Source: Tubiluchus corallicola (lineage: Eukaryota > Animalia > Priapulida). From it: 64,000 nt of DNA. The notes beneath the pieces are model-generated. The model was not told the origin of the DNA. It did not search any database and was given only the letters and a program-made list of their open reading frames with translations. Position 1 is the stretch's first letter, and every line of letters begins with the position of its first letter. The stretch is taken from NCBI GenBank assembly GCA_030141605.1, contig JAQGDQ010000090.1:248001-312000 (forward strand), read 5' to 3'. This document shows, piece by piece, positions 1 to 62,537 of this stretch. The position numbers were made by a program, and so were the translations under genes.

Positions 1-884
1 CTACATATCTACGGCTTCTGTGTCGTACGTTGCGTTTGTCAAGGGCGAAGTTCCAGTCCAATTTCGTAGCGTCATCGCGGCGACCAACATGTTACAGCCC
101 TCATCTCAACATGGGACCAGCACATTCTACGTAGTTCTCACCAATGTGAAAGGATCCGTGAATTCCACAGTCTAGAATAGTAATTAAAATAAGAAAAGAT
201 TTCTCCCCTCTCGAACTGATGAAGCTGAGAGGAATAGATAAAAGCAGACAGACAATGAAAATCACGTAATTTTGAGTAAAATTAATTAATTTTAAACTTA
301 TTTTAATGTTCATAATGATATTGTCTTCATTCGCATCTCTGACGTTCTTTAATTGACAAAGGTACGATTGTAGGAGCTTTTCAATCAAAATGGTATCACG
401 ACTCATTTCTTTAAGAACTTTGTTGATTCTAGATTTTTAAGAAAAGCGAGAAGAATTGAAAAAACGCAGAGTTAATAACAAACATGGGCTAATCATATAA
501 CTATCGAAATACTTGTTTACATCTAGCTAAGAAAACTTTTAATTTCAATTGGTCTATTATTTCTTGACACCCTGTACATTGCCAAGATAAACAAAGCAAT
601 ATAAAGGAAGTCACAATTATGGTTCTGAACTTCTGTGAAGAAACACTGCCTGGGTTGCCTTTTTTCTGGTTTCTCTAACTTTTTAGTACAAGAGGTTTTT
701 TTACTAAGCTTTTGTTAATAATTTAATTCTCAATTAACGATTTTTTTAATAATTTTCTCTTTAAATGCCACTGTTGATTTATTATAACGCGAAAATTTGT
801 ATTTTTTATTCCAGTTTTTGGATTCGTATTGTAAAATTATAAATCCCATAATTATGTTCTTAACAGACTGAACAAGCAACTAGT

Positions 885-1000
885 CTAATCTGATCTGATG
901 TGATATGATCTGCTCCAATCCTGTCCGTTTCGATCCGATCCGATCCGATCCGATCCGGTCCAATCTAATACAATCCAATATAATCTAATTTAATCTAGTT
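885..1000. repeat. pentanucleotide microsatellite (GATCC/AATCT variants)
   Basis: cgatccgatc tandem with drifting units. Confidence 0.8.
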
Positions 1001-1045
1001 TAATCGCTATGTGATGAAATTGCTAACAAATTAATTCAATTTCAG

Positions 1046-1154
1046 TAAATGCTCGGATATTAAGCTTTTCTACGAACGTTCGAAAACTTTGGAAGACGAG
1101 AGTAGAATTGCCGTGTACAAGCGTAGGACAGGCAAATCAAATTTGGAAAGTAAG
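1046..1154 (+). CDS. Dscam: Dscam A exon, Ig10 N-half
   Basis: ttcag|..VNARILSFSTNVRKLWKTRVELPCTSVGQANQIWKVR|gtaggt. Confidence 0.85.
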
Positions 1155-4100
1155 GTAGGTGCTAGAGCAGGTCCCACGTGCCTATAATTAGTCAAAATGC
1201 TAGCGTATCCAAGATTAGTATAGTATCGAATTAGCTTAACACTCAAGTAATGCTTTCTGTTCATAGCACTTGTACTGTTAACTTACTAGCTAGCTTGCTT
1301 ACTTACTTACCTACTTACTTACTTACCTACCTACTTACTTATTTACTTACTTACCTACTTACTTACTTACTTATCTACTTACTTGCTTGCTAGCTTGACT
1401 ATCTACCTACCTACCTACTTACCTACCTACCTACCTACCTACCTACTTACCTACCTACCTACCTACTTACCTACCTACCTACCTACCTACCTACCTACCT
1501 ACCTACCTACCTACCTACCTACCTACCTACCTACCTACCTACCTACCTACCTACCTACCTACCTACTTACATACTAACTTACTTAATAAAGCTACTTTTT
1601 GCAGAGACAATCGTGTCTATGGTAATGAACGGTTTAACGTCCTAGCAAATGGATCTTTGGTTATATCTTCTGTTTTGCCAGTTGATACTGGGGAATACAC
1701 GTGTGTGGTGTCAAACTCATTTGGAAGGGATAAAATCCAGCACACATTGCACGTTTTTGGTAATAGTTTTAATTATTGGTCTACAAATGTTCAAATTTTT
1801 TCATGCTTATGCGTTCAGTTTGTTGGGTTATCCGCTAGCAAACCAACTTTATAAAGCTGTCGTCTTCGCTATGACGAACCTCGTTCTCGTTCGTGTAATA
1901 CAAATTGCATCTCACTTACTAATTGTCAGGCAAACAATGAGTGTTTCAAAATTTCACGAAAAAATGGAATTACGCGCTTACTTATATAATAAGTAATACT
2001 ATTATTACTTATATAATTATATAATCCATAGATATATATCATTTTTACTGAACTCGGAGTACAATTTGTAAACAAGTGTTAAACAAGTGTCTGTTAACAG
2101 TTAGATTAAATATTTTACCATCATTTCAGGAGTAGTAAGGAAAGACTATGTGGATTGTATATGCATTATTACCACCATTTCGTGAGCAGAAAGCAAAGAA
2201 CATGTAGCGTACATTAGTAATAATCAGTGGAGCATTTATATGTCGTTTCTCGCAGTTGCCACATTGCAAAATATTTTTGTTCTTGCTGTCATTTTGTGGC
2301 ATGGCGTGGATGTGTCATATGGTGGTGGCGCTGTGGTGGGGTTGTTTTTTTATATTGTCGTGTCACAGTATAACACTATGGCAGCATGAATTGTTGAATG
2401 ACTTGAAGGAGTCAACGGAAGGGCGTCTTCCGAATCTTACCGTTTTACTAAAGTCTGTAGATCTAACAAATATGTGCAAATAAAACACACAGGCTTGCTT
2501 ATGCGGCGAGCGGGTAATCATTACTTCGCATTCCGGATTGTAATTTTATAACTGTTAACTATAAAAAATAGTTCGTTATTTACAGTCGTGGTTGTTTATC
2601 AGCCGTCGAATTTAATTCAATGGTTTTTATTACCCATACATAGCTCCTCCAAGAATACCGAAGATACATCCGATATCAGTTCGCGCAAATTCAATTTCGT
2701 TCAACTGGACGGCTTCGAGCAATGGCGGGTCTAAAATAACTAGTGAGTACAAGTAATAATTAATTGAAGCGTGGACTAATTAATTTGCAAGTTTGTAAAA
2801 CAAAATCCTTGAATAATTCGAACTAAGACGTTGAACAGCACTGTGTATTGATTTTGTATATTTTTTGCTAACTTTCAGTACCAGCTAATTGTTTCTAAAC
2901 GTGAATAAATTGAGCTTGAGTGCTGTCCATTCTTTCCTGTTCAAACTTCCGGCCGAATAATGAATATTGGTCTGTTCTTTCTAATGTCAAATTTGAATAG
3001 TGGTTTCTAATGTTTGATGTTAACTCTTTTTGACCTTTAACTTGCTTTAGGTGGCGCTGTCCATTACAAGTCAAAGTCAGGTGATAACTGGATAGAACGG
3101 CACGTGAAATTTGATGGGGACAAAGTAGTTACCATTGATGACATCAACTGTGGAACTAACTACGAGTTCTACATGACCTTGTCCAATAAAATAGGTAGAA
3201 GTGAACCAAGTGATGTGATTTCTGTTCAAACTGATGGCGGTGGTAAGTTGCTGTTTGAAAATTATTCAGCTTTTTTATTGTTGTTTTGCTTTTGCTAAAT
3301 CTTGCTAAAATCTTCGCCCGCTAAAGCTTTTTTGGCCGGGTCAAATTTGGGCATGTGAAAGTTGGACTGTTAACGAATTTTAGAAGGAAGAACTGAGTTA
3401 CTTCTAGTTGTGAAATTCTAAAATTCAGTTGGTTGATAATTTTTTATTGAGTTACCAATGTAGCTACTAAAACTGTTGCCAGACAAAACTTGGTTTTAAA
3501 TAACAGTGATCAGTATTCTTATCTTAAAAATTCACCTAAAGCTTACTTTCTTAGTTAAAAGTTTTTTCAACTGCTGCAAAAATTAATGTCCGGCTCAGGT
3601 TTTTGTTTTTTGTTTTTCACAAAGTCTTTATTATGCTTTTTATCAAAATTAAAAAAGTAAAGCGAAAAACATTGTGGTTAATGTTTAGATGACTGCTGCA
3701 GTTACAATAATTACGATACTATAATAGCATTTGCTTTTGCAATGTATTATGATATAGAAATTTCCACAAATGAATTTTTAATATAATGGCTTGATGTTGA
3801 GACTCTGATCTCAATTATGTTTTTGATTTGCATTATATACAACTGCTGTTAATTAATTTTTTAGTTCCAGTTGCCCCTGGACGCAAATCTTTTATTCTTG
3901 TGAACTCGACAGAAACCAGTCTTGTGCTCGCAGCCTGGTCAGACGGAGGGTGTCCTATTAAAGTTTTCAGTATAAAATACAGACCCGCCTCCAGGAATTC
4001 GTGGATTGTTCTTGCCAGTAACCTTGGTGCTCCATTTGGTACATACAGAATTATTGACTTGAAGCCAAATTCACGATATGAAGTGATTGTGTCAGCCACT

Positions 4101-5739
4101 AATGATGCTGGTAGAACTTCTGCCAAATATGAGTTCATTACTCGCAGGGTTTATGGTATGTGTGAAATGTTCCTCTTTATCTTTAATTTATCTCTCCCCT
4201 TCTCTCTCGCTCGCATTTCTCCTTTTCTTTATCTTTTTTCATTAAATTGTGCAAAATAAATTTAAAAAATGATTTTTTAGTACTGTTTTTTCTTTTTGAC
4301 GCGTAGGACTGTTCTTTTCTTGTCAATAGATGTCGCCACATTACAGTACTGTCAGTTCTAGAGCTGCACTACACCATATATTAAATTTGGTACGAACTAG
4401 CATAAGTTATATATAGTGCATCTTTCACACTAGCAAGAGTAATAATGTTATAAAACTAGTTATTCGTTTATTGTAGCACTTTTTAGTCGAAATATAGAAA
4501 TGTCAAACTTGTAGATAAAGTGTGATCGTATAGTTTATTGAAGTACAAGAACATCTATAATAATAATGTAGAGGAGAGAACAAGTAAAGAGAGAACAAAT
4601 ACACATAGTTAGAGCACAACCGTCAATAACTAGTCACAAGTCACAAGTCTTAAGTAACAAGTAAGTCCTGCAGCGTACTGACACTGCTTATATTCGCTTT
4701 TCCTGAGCTATTATTAGAAAGTCTATTTTTACATCTAACATCAATTCTATTCTTGGTATTGTCTTCGGCTGACTTGCTAGTTAATGGTCAACACCTATTT
4801 TCAGAACATCTTTGCTTAAGCACAGCTAGCTTAACACTGATTGGTTACCTGTATGACAGTGATCATTAACTGTCAATCATCGTGACGTCATCTTGCTCTG
4901 CACACGACGACCGTTATCTGTCAATCATCGTAACGTCATCTTGCTCTGCCCACTGGTCAGCATTGTCTCGCCTTTGGGCAGTAGCATCGTATGTTCCCTA
5001 TATAAGCTAGAGCCACGTAATCCCGCGTAAGATGTGTTTACATATTTGTGGTTCTTATTTAACATAGCGGGTTTAGCGTTAACTAACGTTTTATTGCATA
5101 CGCACGGTGTTTTATATTTCTTATGTCAGTAATTCATTCAGCAATATTGATTTTATAAAAAATTAATAAATATAAAACATTTTAAAAAAATTATAAGATA
5201 TTTGAAAAATTAACAAATATAAAATATTTGCGCTTAATCCTATCACTCAAGATAAAATTCACATTTTGATTCCTTTTTGATTTAGGTCCTATCGGAGCCG
5301 CATCACAGCAGCAGGGATTTCTTGGAAATATTGGTCAACTTGTTGCTATTATTGCTGGATGTTTTGCAGTCGTTCTTGTTATAGTTGCCGCTGTTATTTA
5401 TTACAGAAAGAAACGGCTTCGTAGAGACAATACACAGTATGAGAAAGGTAACAACAATGTTTTCATTACTAAAATTATTTCCGTAGAGACGTTGCTTTAT
5501 CTATAGTGGAAAAAGACATTAATTTCCGTCTGACAGAACTTCTGCTGTTTTGGTTTCTAGCAATAGATGGCGCTACATCAATGTAAAACTGGAGTAGTAA
5601 AACATGTCAAACTCAACCTCGTGAAAGAAATAAGTTTATATTCTTATTATTGTTATAATTTCCTCCACCTCATCATCATCATCATCATCATTGCCATCGA
5701 CACTGTTATCATCAATGTTATCGTCGTCGTCGTCGTTCG

Positions 5740-5779
<40 letters not shown>

Positions 5780-7458
5780 AATTATTAATTATGGAAAGCG
5801 AAGCATTATGTAGCAGATGGTTAACTCAAAGGCAGCTATCAGCTTCTGCGATTTCTTCTAACAATTATTACTTGTTATAATCATTATTACTTTACTCATC
5901 ACTTCACTGAAGATGTCCTTAAAAGGAATAATTAATTTAAGTTCTTTAACGTTTAAAAGTCTACGCGCGTTAATAATGTGAGTTTTTAATTACGTTAGAA
6001 AAGATGTTTATTTTTAAGACCGCAGCACAGCTAGCAAAACTGATCCGGCGGTGAAATCAGCTCTGATTGTAGAAGTGGAAAGCGCAGCTGACAAACGGCA
6101 AGATGTACCTTATGTTCTTTCTCATGTGGACATTGGTTTGATTCCCGAGTCAGCGAAGAATAAAGCAGCTGTTCTGGAAAAAGGTAGTTGTTAATAGCGG
6201 GATAGAGGTAGAAAAAATCGTTCTTCGGGGATTCCCCCATCCACGAATGTAGACGTCTTAGGGCTAAAGCAACAAGCGTGTTGTGTTTCACTTCCGTTTA
6301 TCCTTTCAGGCTTACTGCCCATCTAGACTAGTATGACGTTAGTTCACTGATGGCCAGAAATGGAAATTGTAAAGGCAATGCCCTAATGATACTTGCCCAA
6401 ATGCCTTCTCGGTGTTATCAGTTCAAATTATTTGAATCTAAAAATCAAGTTTTTTTGTCATGAAACGGTCATCCCAATTGTTTTTTTCATTAGGCTTCTC
6501 TGTAAGTGGTCCCACCAAGAGAAGTGCTTGTGCTAAAACGGGGCTGCAACTTGCAGCTTCCGGTGTCCCCCCAGAACATCTAGTTACAAAAGGTTAAAAA
6601 AATCGGGCCTTCAGATATCCTAAATTAAACGCTGAATTTCCTAAAATCGCACTTGTGTTTGCTTTTTCTTAAATTTAGTTTGTAACTTTTCACGTATTAA
6701 TATTCCAGCAAGGAAATACAACGTAACGCCATATGCCACAAGTCATCTATATAACAATAAAGAATCGGCTGGATACGATCTCCTGGGTTTGGACGTACCC
6801 ACACCCCTAGATTCCAACAGGCAAAGTCACATGTACGAAAGCATTAGATCCTCTTGGGGAGCAGCCGCAAAATCCTTCACGGAACTCCAGGATCCCTCAA
6901 AAAAGGACAGCTCATGTTTTGCAAGGTATAGGTCTCCTAACATCCGATAAATATTAGGAAATATTACTTTTAATGATCGGTAAATATTCAAGTAATTAGT
7001 AATAGTAATAAGCGATAAGTTCGATAGTCATAAAAGAGCATAATTCTCTTTTCGTTTTTGTCGAGCAATCGATTTTCTTTTTAACAGCTTTTTGATGTAG
7101 TTAGGCTATACTCGTTCCTAACAATTGATGGTTTTGTGTTTGCTCCAGGTGTTATTTTAGCCACAATTACATAAAAACCATACACTGTCTATAAATTTAA
7201 ACTGCACTAGTATATATTTTGGACTCTTAAACTTATCTATATTATTGTATAAAAGCGCATAAAATCATCTAGATATCTTATACCTATACCTGGACTGACT
7301 GTATCTTTGCAAACAATAATTTGAATTTTCTTCTGCTGCAGTTAATAATTAATCATTTTACGATTTCTAGTGAGGAGAATCAAAAGCAGCATCAAAGTTC
7401 ACAAGCAAGAAGTGTTGACAATCAGCCTCCTTACACGGATGAGTTCACCGAGGTGTAG
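1046..7458 (+). CDS. Dscam: Dscam-like paralog A, 3' part (Ig10-FN5-FN6-TM-cytoplasmic tail); 5' part lies left of the window
   Basis: Nine GT-AG exons join in frame: 1046-1154, 1605-1759, 2644-2742, 3051-3242, 3865-4155, 5286-5447, 6019-6183, 6709-6925, 7371-7458. Dscam hallmarks: Ig10 ARILSF..W...VELPC, FN5 NCGTNYEF, FN6 WSDGGCPI...NDAG, cytoplasmic PYAT motif, C-terminal TEV*. Confidence 0.9.
1295..1585. repeat. (TACC/TACT)n microsatellite
   Basis: Direct reading. Confidence 0.95.
1605..1759 (+). CDS. Dscam: Dscam A exon, Ig10 C-half
   Basis: DNRVYGNERFNVLANGSLVISSVLPVDTGEYTCVVSNSFGRDKIQHTLHVF; AG/GT flanks. Confidence 0.9.
2644..2742 (+). CDS. Dscam: Dscam A exon, FN5 N-half
   Basis: APPRIPKIHPISVRANSISFNWTASSNGGSKIT|gtgagt. 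Confidence 0.88.
3051..3242 (+). CDS. Dscam: Dscam A exon, FN5 C-half
   Basis: GAVHYKSKSGDNW...INCGTNYEFYMTLSNKIGRSEPSDVISVQTDGG|gtaagt. Confidence 0.9.
3865..4155 (+). CDS. Dscam: Dscam A exon, FN6
   Basis: PVAPGRKSFILVNST...WSDGGCPIKVFSIKY...DLKPNSRYEVIVSATNDAG|gtatgt. Confidence 0.92.
5286..5447 (+). CDS. Dscam: Dscam A exon, transmembrane
   Basis: LVAIIAGCFAVVLVIVAAVIYY followed by basic RKKRLRR; tttag| and |gtaaca. Confidence 0.88.
6019..6183 (+). CDS. Dscam: Dscam A exon, cytoplasmic 1
   Basis: Open phase 1-1 exon DRSTASKTDPAVKS...DVPYVLSHV...VLEK|gtagtt; acceptor tttttaag. Confidence 0.7.
6709..6925 (+). CDS. Dscam: Dscam A exon, cytoplasmic 2
   Basis: ARKYNVTPYATSHLY...HMYESIR...SCFA|gtatag; PYAT is a Dscam tail motif. 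Confidence 0.8.
7371..7458 (+). CDS. Dscam: Dscam A terminal coding exon
   Basis: EENQKQHQSSQARSVDNQPPYTDEFTEV* (class I PDZ ligand T-E-V). Confidence 0.82.
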
Positions 7459-7512
7459 GTTCCAGGATCGAAACTTAACTGTAAAATATTTTTTATTGTT
7501 TATATTTTTGTG

Positions 7513-7518
7513 AATAAA
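7513..7518 (+). promoter_or_regulatory. candidate polyadenylation signal of Dscam A
   Basis: AATAAA about 55 nt after the stop, followed by T-rich sequence. Confidence 0.45.
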
Positions 7519-9799
7519 TAAAATTCTTTTTTTTTAATTTCGGCTGTTGTTTAACGTATGATTTTGGTAAAAATACTGTCAGTATCACTGTGTCAGTAAT
7601 TGATCAGTTAATAGTCTATCAATTTTGCAATAGTCTATACTGAAAGAACAAACGAATGACGAAGTGAACGAATATAGGAACAGTGAAGTAAAGAGACAAA
7701 GAATGAAAGGGAAGAACTAACCTAACCCAGAAATGGATGCAAAAACACTAAATCAATGAACGGTCACTTTTATATGATATAGTCAGTACCTCATGCAATA
7801 TAGTCCGTACCTCATGCAGTTGTCTCTTACGATTACTTGACAATAATTCTTCTAATTTGGTACTTCAATGTTAACAATAGAGGTCAGTATAACAATACTG
7901 AATTCTGATTGGCAACGTTTTTATAATGTTATTAACAGGACCAAAGGAGTTCTTGCAACCAATTTGCTAGTGATATTAACGGTGTTCTTGAAGAGGGTGA
8001 TATTCTGATTAACAGCAAAACAATTTTCTGGTGTGAAATTTCACAGACAGGTGACTCGAAAGAAAAAAATTAGTAAAAATTGTTAGTCCCCCATGTATTA
8101 AGCAAGATTTTACTCTACATATATGCAGTTTATAATGGCATTGGAAGTCACTTTTTCGAATTAAATTTTATCCGCTACGATGCCGTTAAAAGCTTGAGGA
8201 AATTTTGAAAGCTAATTGAAACTGCACTGCCGAGTACATTTGCTCAATTGCGTTTACTGTGATCTCAGTCTCTGGGTATATAGATACTCATGAAAAGTCT
8301 TGCTTTTACTGTTCGCAAAGCCACAAGACTCGCGCACAAAGGGTCTAACAACTTTTGAACTCGACCTCTTTTGATGGTTCAAAGAAGAATGAAAAGGCGC
8401 CAAAGTTCAATTGAAAGGCAAACTGTACCAAGTGAGTTGACATTGAATACTGTGGGTACTTGAACAGCATAATAGATTTTGTTGCCAAATCGAATACATA
8501 ATTATCTATAATCATAATTTCAAGTTCATTTATTAATAATCATTTATTAATAATTTCTACCTCTAATCGCATTCTTTTCTGTACACACCCTAATTTTAAA
8601 CCCTGTCTTGTTTTGTCTAACCCTTTCCTACTTTCAATGTTGTGCTTACAAGATTTTATTTCAGCTTTTTCAGCATACTTTCAGCATTTTATTGTAAGCA
8701 ATTAGTTTTTTTGGTATGTCATTTTGGAATTATTGTCTCGCGTCATTGAATGTACATTACTTTGCGAGAAAAATAATAAAATAAAAAATAAATAAAGATA
8801 AAAATAATGGAGTGAATCAGGAATTATTAAATTTCTGAACCCAAACTTCCATAAAATGAAGAAAAAGTGAAAAAGCCTTGACTGAGCCTGAATTTAAGCA
8901 AGGACATTTGGAGTGCAAGACCACTATGTCGACAGTTTAGTCCCCTGTGAGACTGATTAACTAAGGAAGTGGTAATTAAAGTGACTATGCGAATGTTGAA
9001 ATGGTTGGTCAGCTATATAAGGCATAAATTAAAATATGCCATAATCACAAATACAGTACAGTCTACTTGCCATAACAGTAGACTTCTTTCATTCAGACAA
9101 TTTTCTTATATATTTTCGGTAATGAGTCTAGATTTCACTGCAAACCCTTGGATTAGAAGTTCAATACCACAATACCATGAGCACTAGACTAGTTTTAAAA
9201 CGTAAATTTCACAAAATCACATTTATGGCCATTTCAGTTACCCTTAGTTTGACCCAGCTGACCCAGCCTCTGCATTATTGTTTCGAAAATGATAAATTTT
9301 TAGTCATGAGTTTGGGAATAGAACTACAGTTTCGAAAAGTACAGAAGATGATGTTTATATGACCTATAACTACTTTCCCAATAACAACTTACGTAAGATT
9401 TTTTGTGTTTTTGACGGTATAAAACACAGTAATAGCTTAGCGACCATTGAGAGAGCAGACCGCTGGAACGTCGAGTCAGGGAAATTACATCTTTAGGGCA
9501 CTTCAGTGCCAACTTGACACTCCACAGCAAGCGCAGGGAAAAGGGAATGACGTTTCAAAGAGGATGAATGACATTGTTACAGGTCATATAATAATGATAG
9601 TAATTGAATTGGAATATAATTTTTTTCACGAGATAATATGCTATTCATATCTTCTGATTTAAAACAAATAATGATTTAATGATTATAGAAACATTCATTT
9701 CATTTATAATATTTACACATTTAAAAAACAAAAAAGCACAATCCTATAACAATTACAATCATAGATGAAGTTTAGTAAAGCCTTCCATAGTTCCTCTTC

Positions 9800-9816
9800 C
9801 CTCTTTCTCCCTCCCT

Positions 9817-9872
<56 letters not shown>

Positions 9873-10003
9873 ATTTTGCATTTTACATAACTGCAAGTAA
9901 TTTGATTGTAAGTGTGTTATGTTGTATTTTTTAAATGAATTGTGGTTTGCAATAAGAATATTAAATGAAATTGCTGTCTGATTCTCTCTCTCTCTCTCTT
10001 TCT

Positions 10004-10080
<77 letters not shown>
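9800..10080. repeat. two (CT)n tracts in the intergenic region
   Basis: Direct reading, about 9825-9866 and 9984-10079. Confidence 0.95.
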
Positions 10081-10082
<2 letters not shown>

Positions 10083-11762
10083 CTCTGAGTGGCTTCGTCT
10101 ATTCTGACTGTTTACTTCATTGAGGGAGGATGCATTCATACCCGAATGTAGTTAAGGCACCCCTGCTGGTTCAGGTCTGATATTACAGGCATAACCATAA
10201 TAATGAGCTAGTTTCCGGTCTCGCCACAAACACCAGTGTTAAGTAGAGCCCAGCTTGTAGTGTGCTGAGATCATATTTCTGTCAGGCGTCTTCTACAATC
10301 TGATGCATCCTTTGCACTTTGATTTTCTGAACGGTTCCAAAGAAATGTCCCTATAAAGGAATTCTTTTCGAATATCCAGTGTCTTTCCTCCTATAATGTT
10401 CTGCGCTGCTTTTATGCCTCTGGGATTTCTCAGCGAGCAGTTTCATGCATCTCGAGAGATAAAACCAGCTTTTATATCATCTACCTCCCTAAATAGCCTT
10501 TTGAGGCTCTCTATTTACATAGAAAGCACCAGATATTATGCAGAAGCGCTCACGAAAACCACTTTTTCTTAGACGACAAAAAACCCAGAAATGAAACAGA
10601 CCGTCAACGTAAGTAAGGCAACAATAAAAACCTTTAGGAAAAGATATGTAAAGAATATCTAAAAATGCTTTTCAGCCATGCGAGACACACACACACTATA
10701 GACAGAAAGTTTAAATCGATTTTTTTTCACAAAAGCGTTTGACATTAAAATGGCGGAAGCTAATATCATGTTGACTGATGGAAGTGCGCTTACCGCTTAA
10801 CTACCGATAATTATGCAAAAAGCGGTTTACTTCAATCCTGTCAATAGGCGAAATCTTCGTTTGTTTGAATAAAATATGCGCAAATGAATAGATTTGCTGC
10901 TGCATAAATTAATGATAAGCTCTTGATAAGCGTATTTAAATCAGTGTAGCTTACTCGATTTCGACAGCTTAATTTGAGTGACTGTCTAGAATTGGGTTGG
11001 AAGTTGAAGTAGCTTGCTATCCCATGGAATTGGTGCTGCTACCAGCTGTCATCAGAATGATCTTATCATGGATCTTTTGCAAAAAGAGCAAAATAAGAGC
11101 AGGAAAAGCAGTATCAGCATCAGACATCACTACCGTAACCATAAAAGTCATAGTCTCAGCAACGAGCCCCTGACTATCAGTAGTAGCAGCGATAACAAGA
11201 ACAACAACGAAAAAAGGATTACAAAACAACAGCACGGCAACACCACAATAGCAATGATGGTTACGAGGACAACATCAATTTTCAACAGCAGCAACACTAA
11301 CTGCACTTGTTGCTGTCGTCATTGTCACTGTTGTTGCTGCTGATGCTGCTGTCGCTGCTTTAGCTGTTGTAGTGTTGCTATTATAACTGCCGATGAAACC
11401 TGTTCTACTAAAACCGTGAAGAAACGGACGCGACAAATTGCTGGTACGCGCGTGGCGAAGCTGCTAGGACTCTATGCAGCTCTCCTCTAAATGGCTTCAT
11501 GTATTTGTAGGCTTCGCAGCGTCCCGTAGACAGCGACGCGTATATGCCGGCGATACATCAACAAGCTAATGTTATGACATGCAGATAGCAACGTTTAATA
11601 TCATTGATGGATTTAAAGAGTGGAATCAATTTAATACCAGGTTTTATTGCACAAAGTTATTTGCCAACTGACTGTAACCGAGATTCATAGATGCTCCTAA
11701 AAAGTTTGATGTAACATTAAAGTGTTCTTGTTCTGTGCAAGTTTGGGACTAACGTCAAAGAG

Positions 11763-60614
<48,852 letters not shown>

Positions 60615-62295
60615 CCTTTTGCTGCCTATCAAAATTATAAAATTTCGTTAAATACTATTTCATACTAATTTCCGAAGGAAATAGTAGTCCTATTTGTGTA
60701 ACCCAAGTGTATCGACTGTCTGGATGTGAATTTAATTTCCTTTTGAGCAACATGTAAATATTACAAGGCTTCAAAAAGCCTTACAAGATTATGTAACTAT
60801 ATAGGTGTAAATTTAGAACAAACGCAACTACTATAATCCTGCCTATGTGATATTGGCATAACACAACTTGTAGAAAATAATTGTTTAACTCATCTTATAA
60901 TATTCATAACTATTCAAGTTCCTTTCGATTATTTTATATAAAAATCATTTGGGTTGAAATTAAATTTTGCATTTTGTTTCACTTTAGCTTGGTTTTTTTG
61001 TATAGTTCTGTATAGTTAATATAAGGTTTTTGTGACAGCCAATGCTTATCTATTTTCATCATTAAAATAGAGAAGTGTAATTCAAACGTTTCAGAAATTA
61101 CTTGCGTACATTTAATTCGAATTAAAAGGTTAAAAATTAAGTTTAAAAATGCCTAACAAATATGACTGTCGGACAATCAGTGCCCATGCTGATCTTCATT
61201 ACAGCACATTTCAGACATACACTGGCTTTGCGTTACAATGGTGACACGTTTGAAATTAATTTAATTGAATTAAATTTATTCTGCTGTAAAAGAAACTGAG
61301 AAAATCCGAGAAAAAACCTAGAGAGGATGTTTGATAAAAATAGTTAAAGGTTAAAGTTAAAGGGTAAAGGTTAAAGGTGAGGAGCAACCTATTAAATTTG
61401 GCCAGTCAATTAAGTTTGGAAGGCAACACAGTAACGTTGATGGTTTAGAACATTGGCCCCAGTATCTGAACAGGAAGGTCAAGAGCCAAAGTCGTAGTGA
61501 ACAGTGAGCAGCAGCTGGTCCATGCGATTTCCACTTAGAAAGACCAAAAGTCACAGTCATAATGATCAGTATGCTAAACAACAGTTGCCTTGTCTTATCC
61601 TGCAATGATGCTTTCTTGTCTTGTGGTCTAGCGATGCATACCTTTCCTTGCTTTGTGTCTTGATACGCAAGTTTTGTCTTGCAGTCTTGTAATGCCTGAA
61701 TAGCCTTGCCTTTTGGTATAGTAATGTTTGCCTTGCCTTGTTCTACAGTCTTGTATATAAGTAATCCATAATATGTTGTCTCGTATTTTGGTCTTGCAGT
61801 ACAAATCTTGTTTGGCCTTGTGGTCTTGTAGTGCATACCTTATAACACTTTGCGGTCTTGCAATACGTCTTTTATCTTGGCTTTCTCAGTTATGTAATAC
61901 TGGCTTAGTTCAAGAACTTAATTCCATTAGGATTTCTGTTGTTTAAATTTATCATGTATGGACCTAACCTACTTACGTTTATTGTGATGCAATCAACAAC
62001 ATGACTGAATTCTAGAAATTTAAATTATTTTGTTCATTATTAAAAATTGTTTGCATGAACAACCGAGTTAGTATGATCGCACAAAAAATTATAATCTAAT
62101 TACTGAATCAATCTCGTACAAAATGTCAAGTCAACCTAGTTCTCAAACTTTTAAATCTAGTTTTAAATCAAAACCCGCTGATTAAAAGTAACTGTTTAGT
62201 AAAAGCCAGAATGAGTAGAGCGTCTAACATCGGCGTCATCAACACGAATGACACGCAAGAAACATTACAGGCGAAGAGATTGTTATAAATTAAAC

Positions 62296-62537
62296 ATGGC
62301 TGAAGACAAAGAAGTGAACATTGCTGAAACTGAATATACTGTCGAACATAAAAGCGGTAGCAGCCATGCGGTTATTGATGCTGACGCGCCACACACGGAA
62401 GAATCTGATCAAGATCATACAAGACTCTAGAAAAGTTTGTTGTTATGTGTATTGTCCGCATTGATATTAGTTTTATTCACGATATTTGTTATCTGTTACT
62501 TTGCAATTGCCTTACATTTGAATAAAAGAGCGGGGAG
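62296..62537 (+). pseudogene. first exon of a probable type II membrane protein gene with an in-frame TAG
   Basis: aaacATGG start, acidic 44-aa N-terminus, TAG at 62428-62430, then the same frame continues KSLLLCVLSALILVLFTIFVICYFAIALHLNKRAG to a possible donor ag|gttgat. Confidence 0.5.

Noticed and set aside
1383-1577. ORF of LPTY repeats
   Set aside because: Translation of the (TACC)n microsatellite inside an intron
4870-4950. Short local tandem duplications (also 39088-39140 and 41194-41253)
   Set aside because: Two-copy 25-50 bp slippage duplications in introns with no sign of function
8000-8810. Possible LINE 3' end with A-rich tail (similar at 24600-25010)
   Set aside because: Too decayed to assign without a repeat library
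61357-61836. 159-aa minus-strand ORF
   Set aside because: Arises from a degenerate short repeat (TTGCCTTGTCTTG-like) with no recognisable domain
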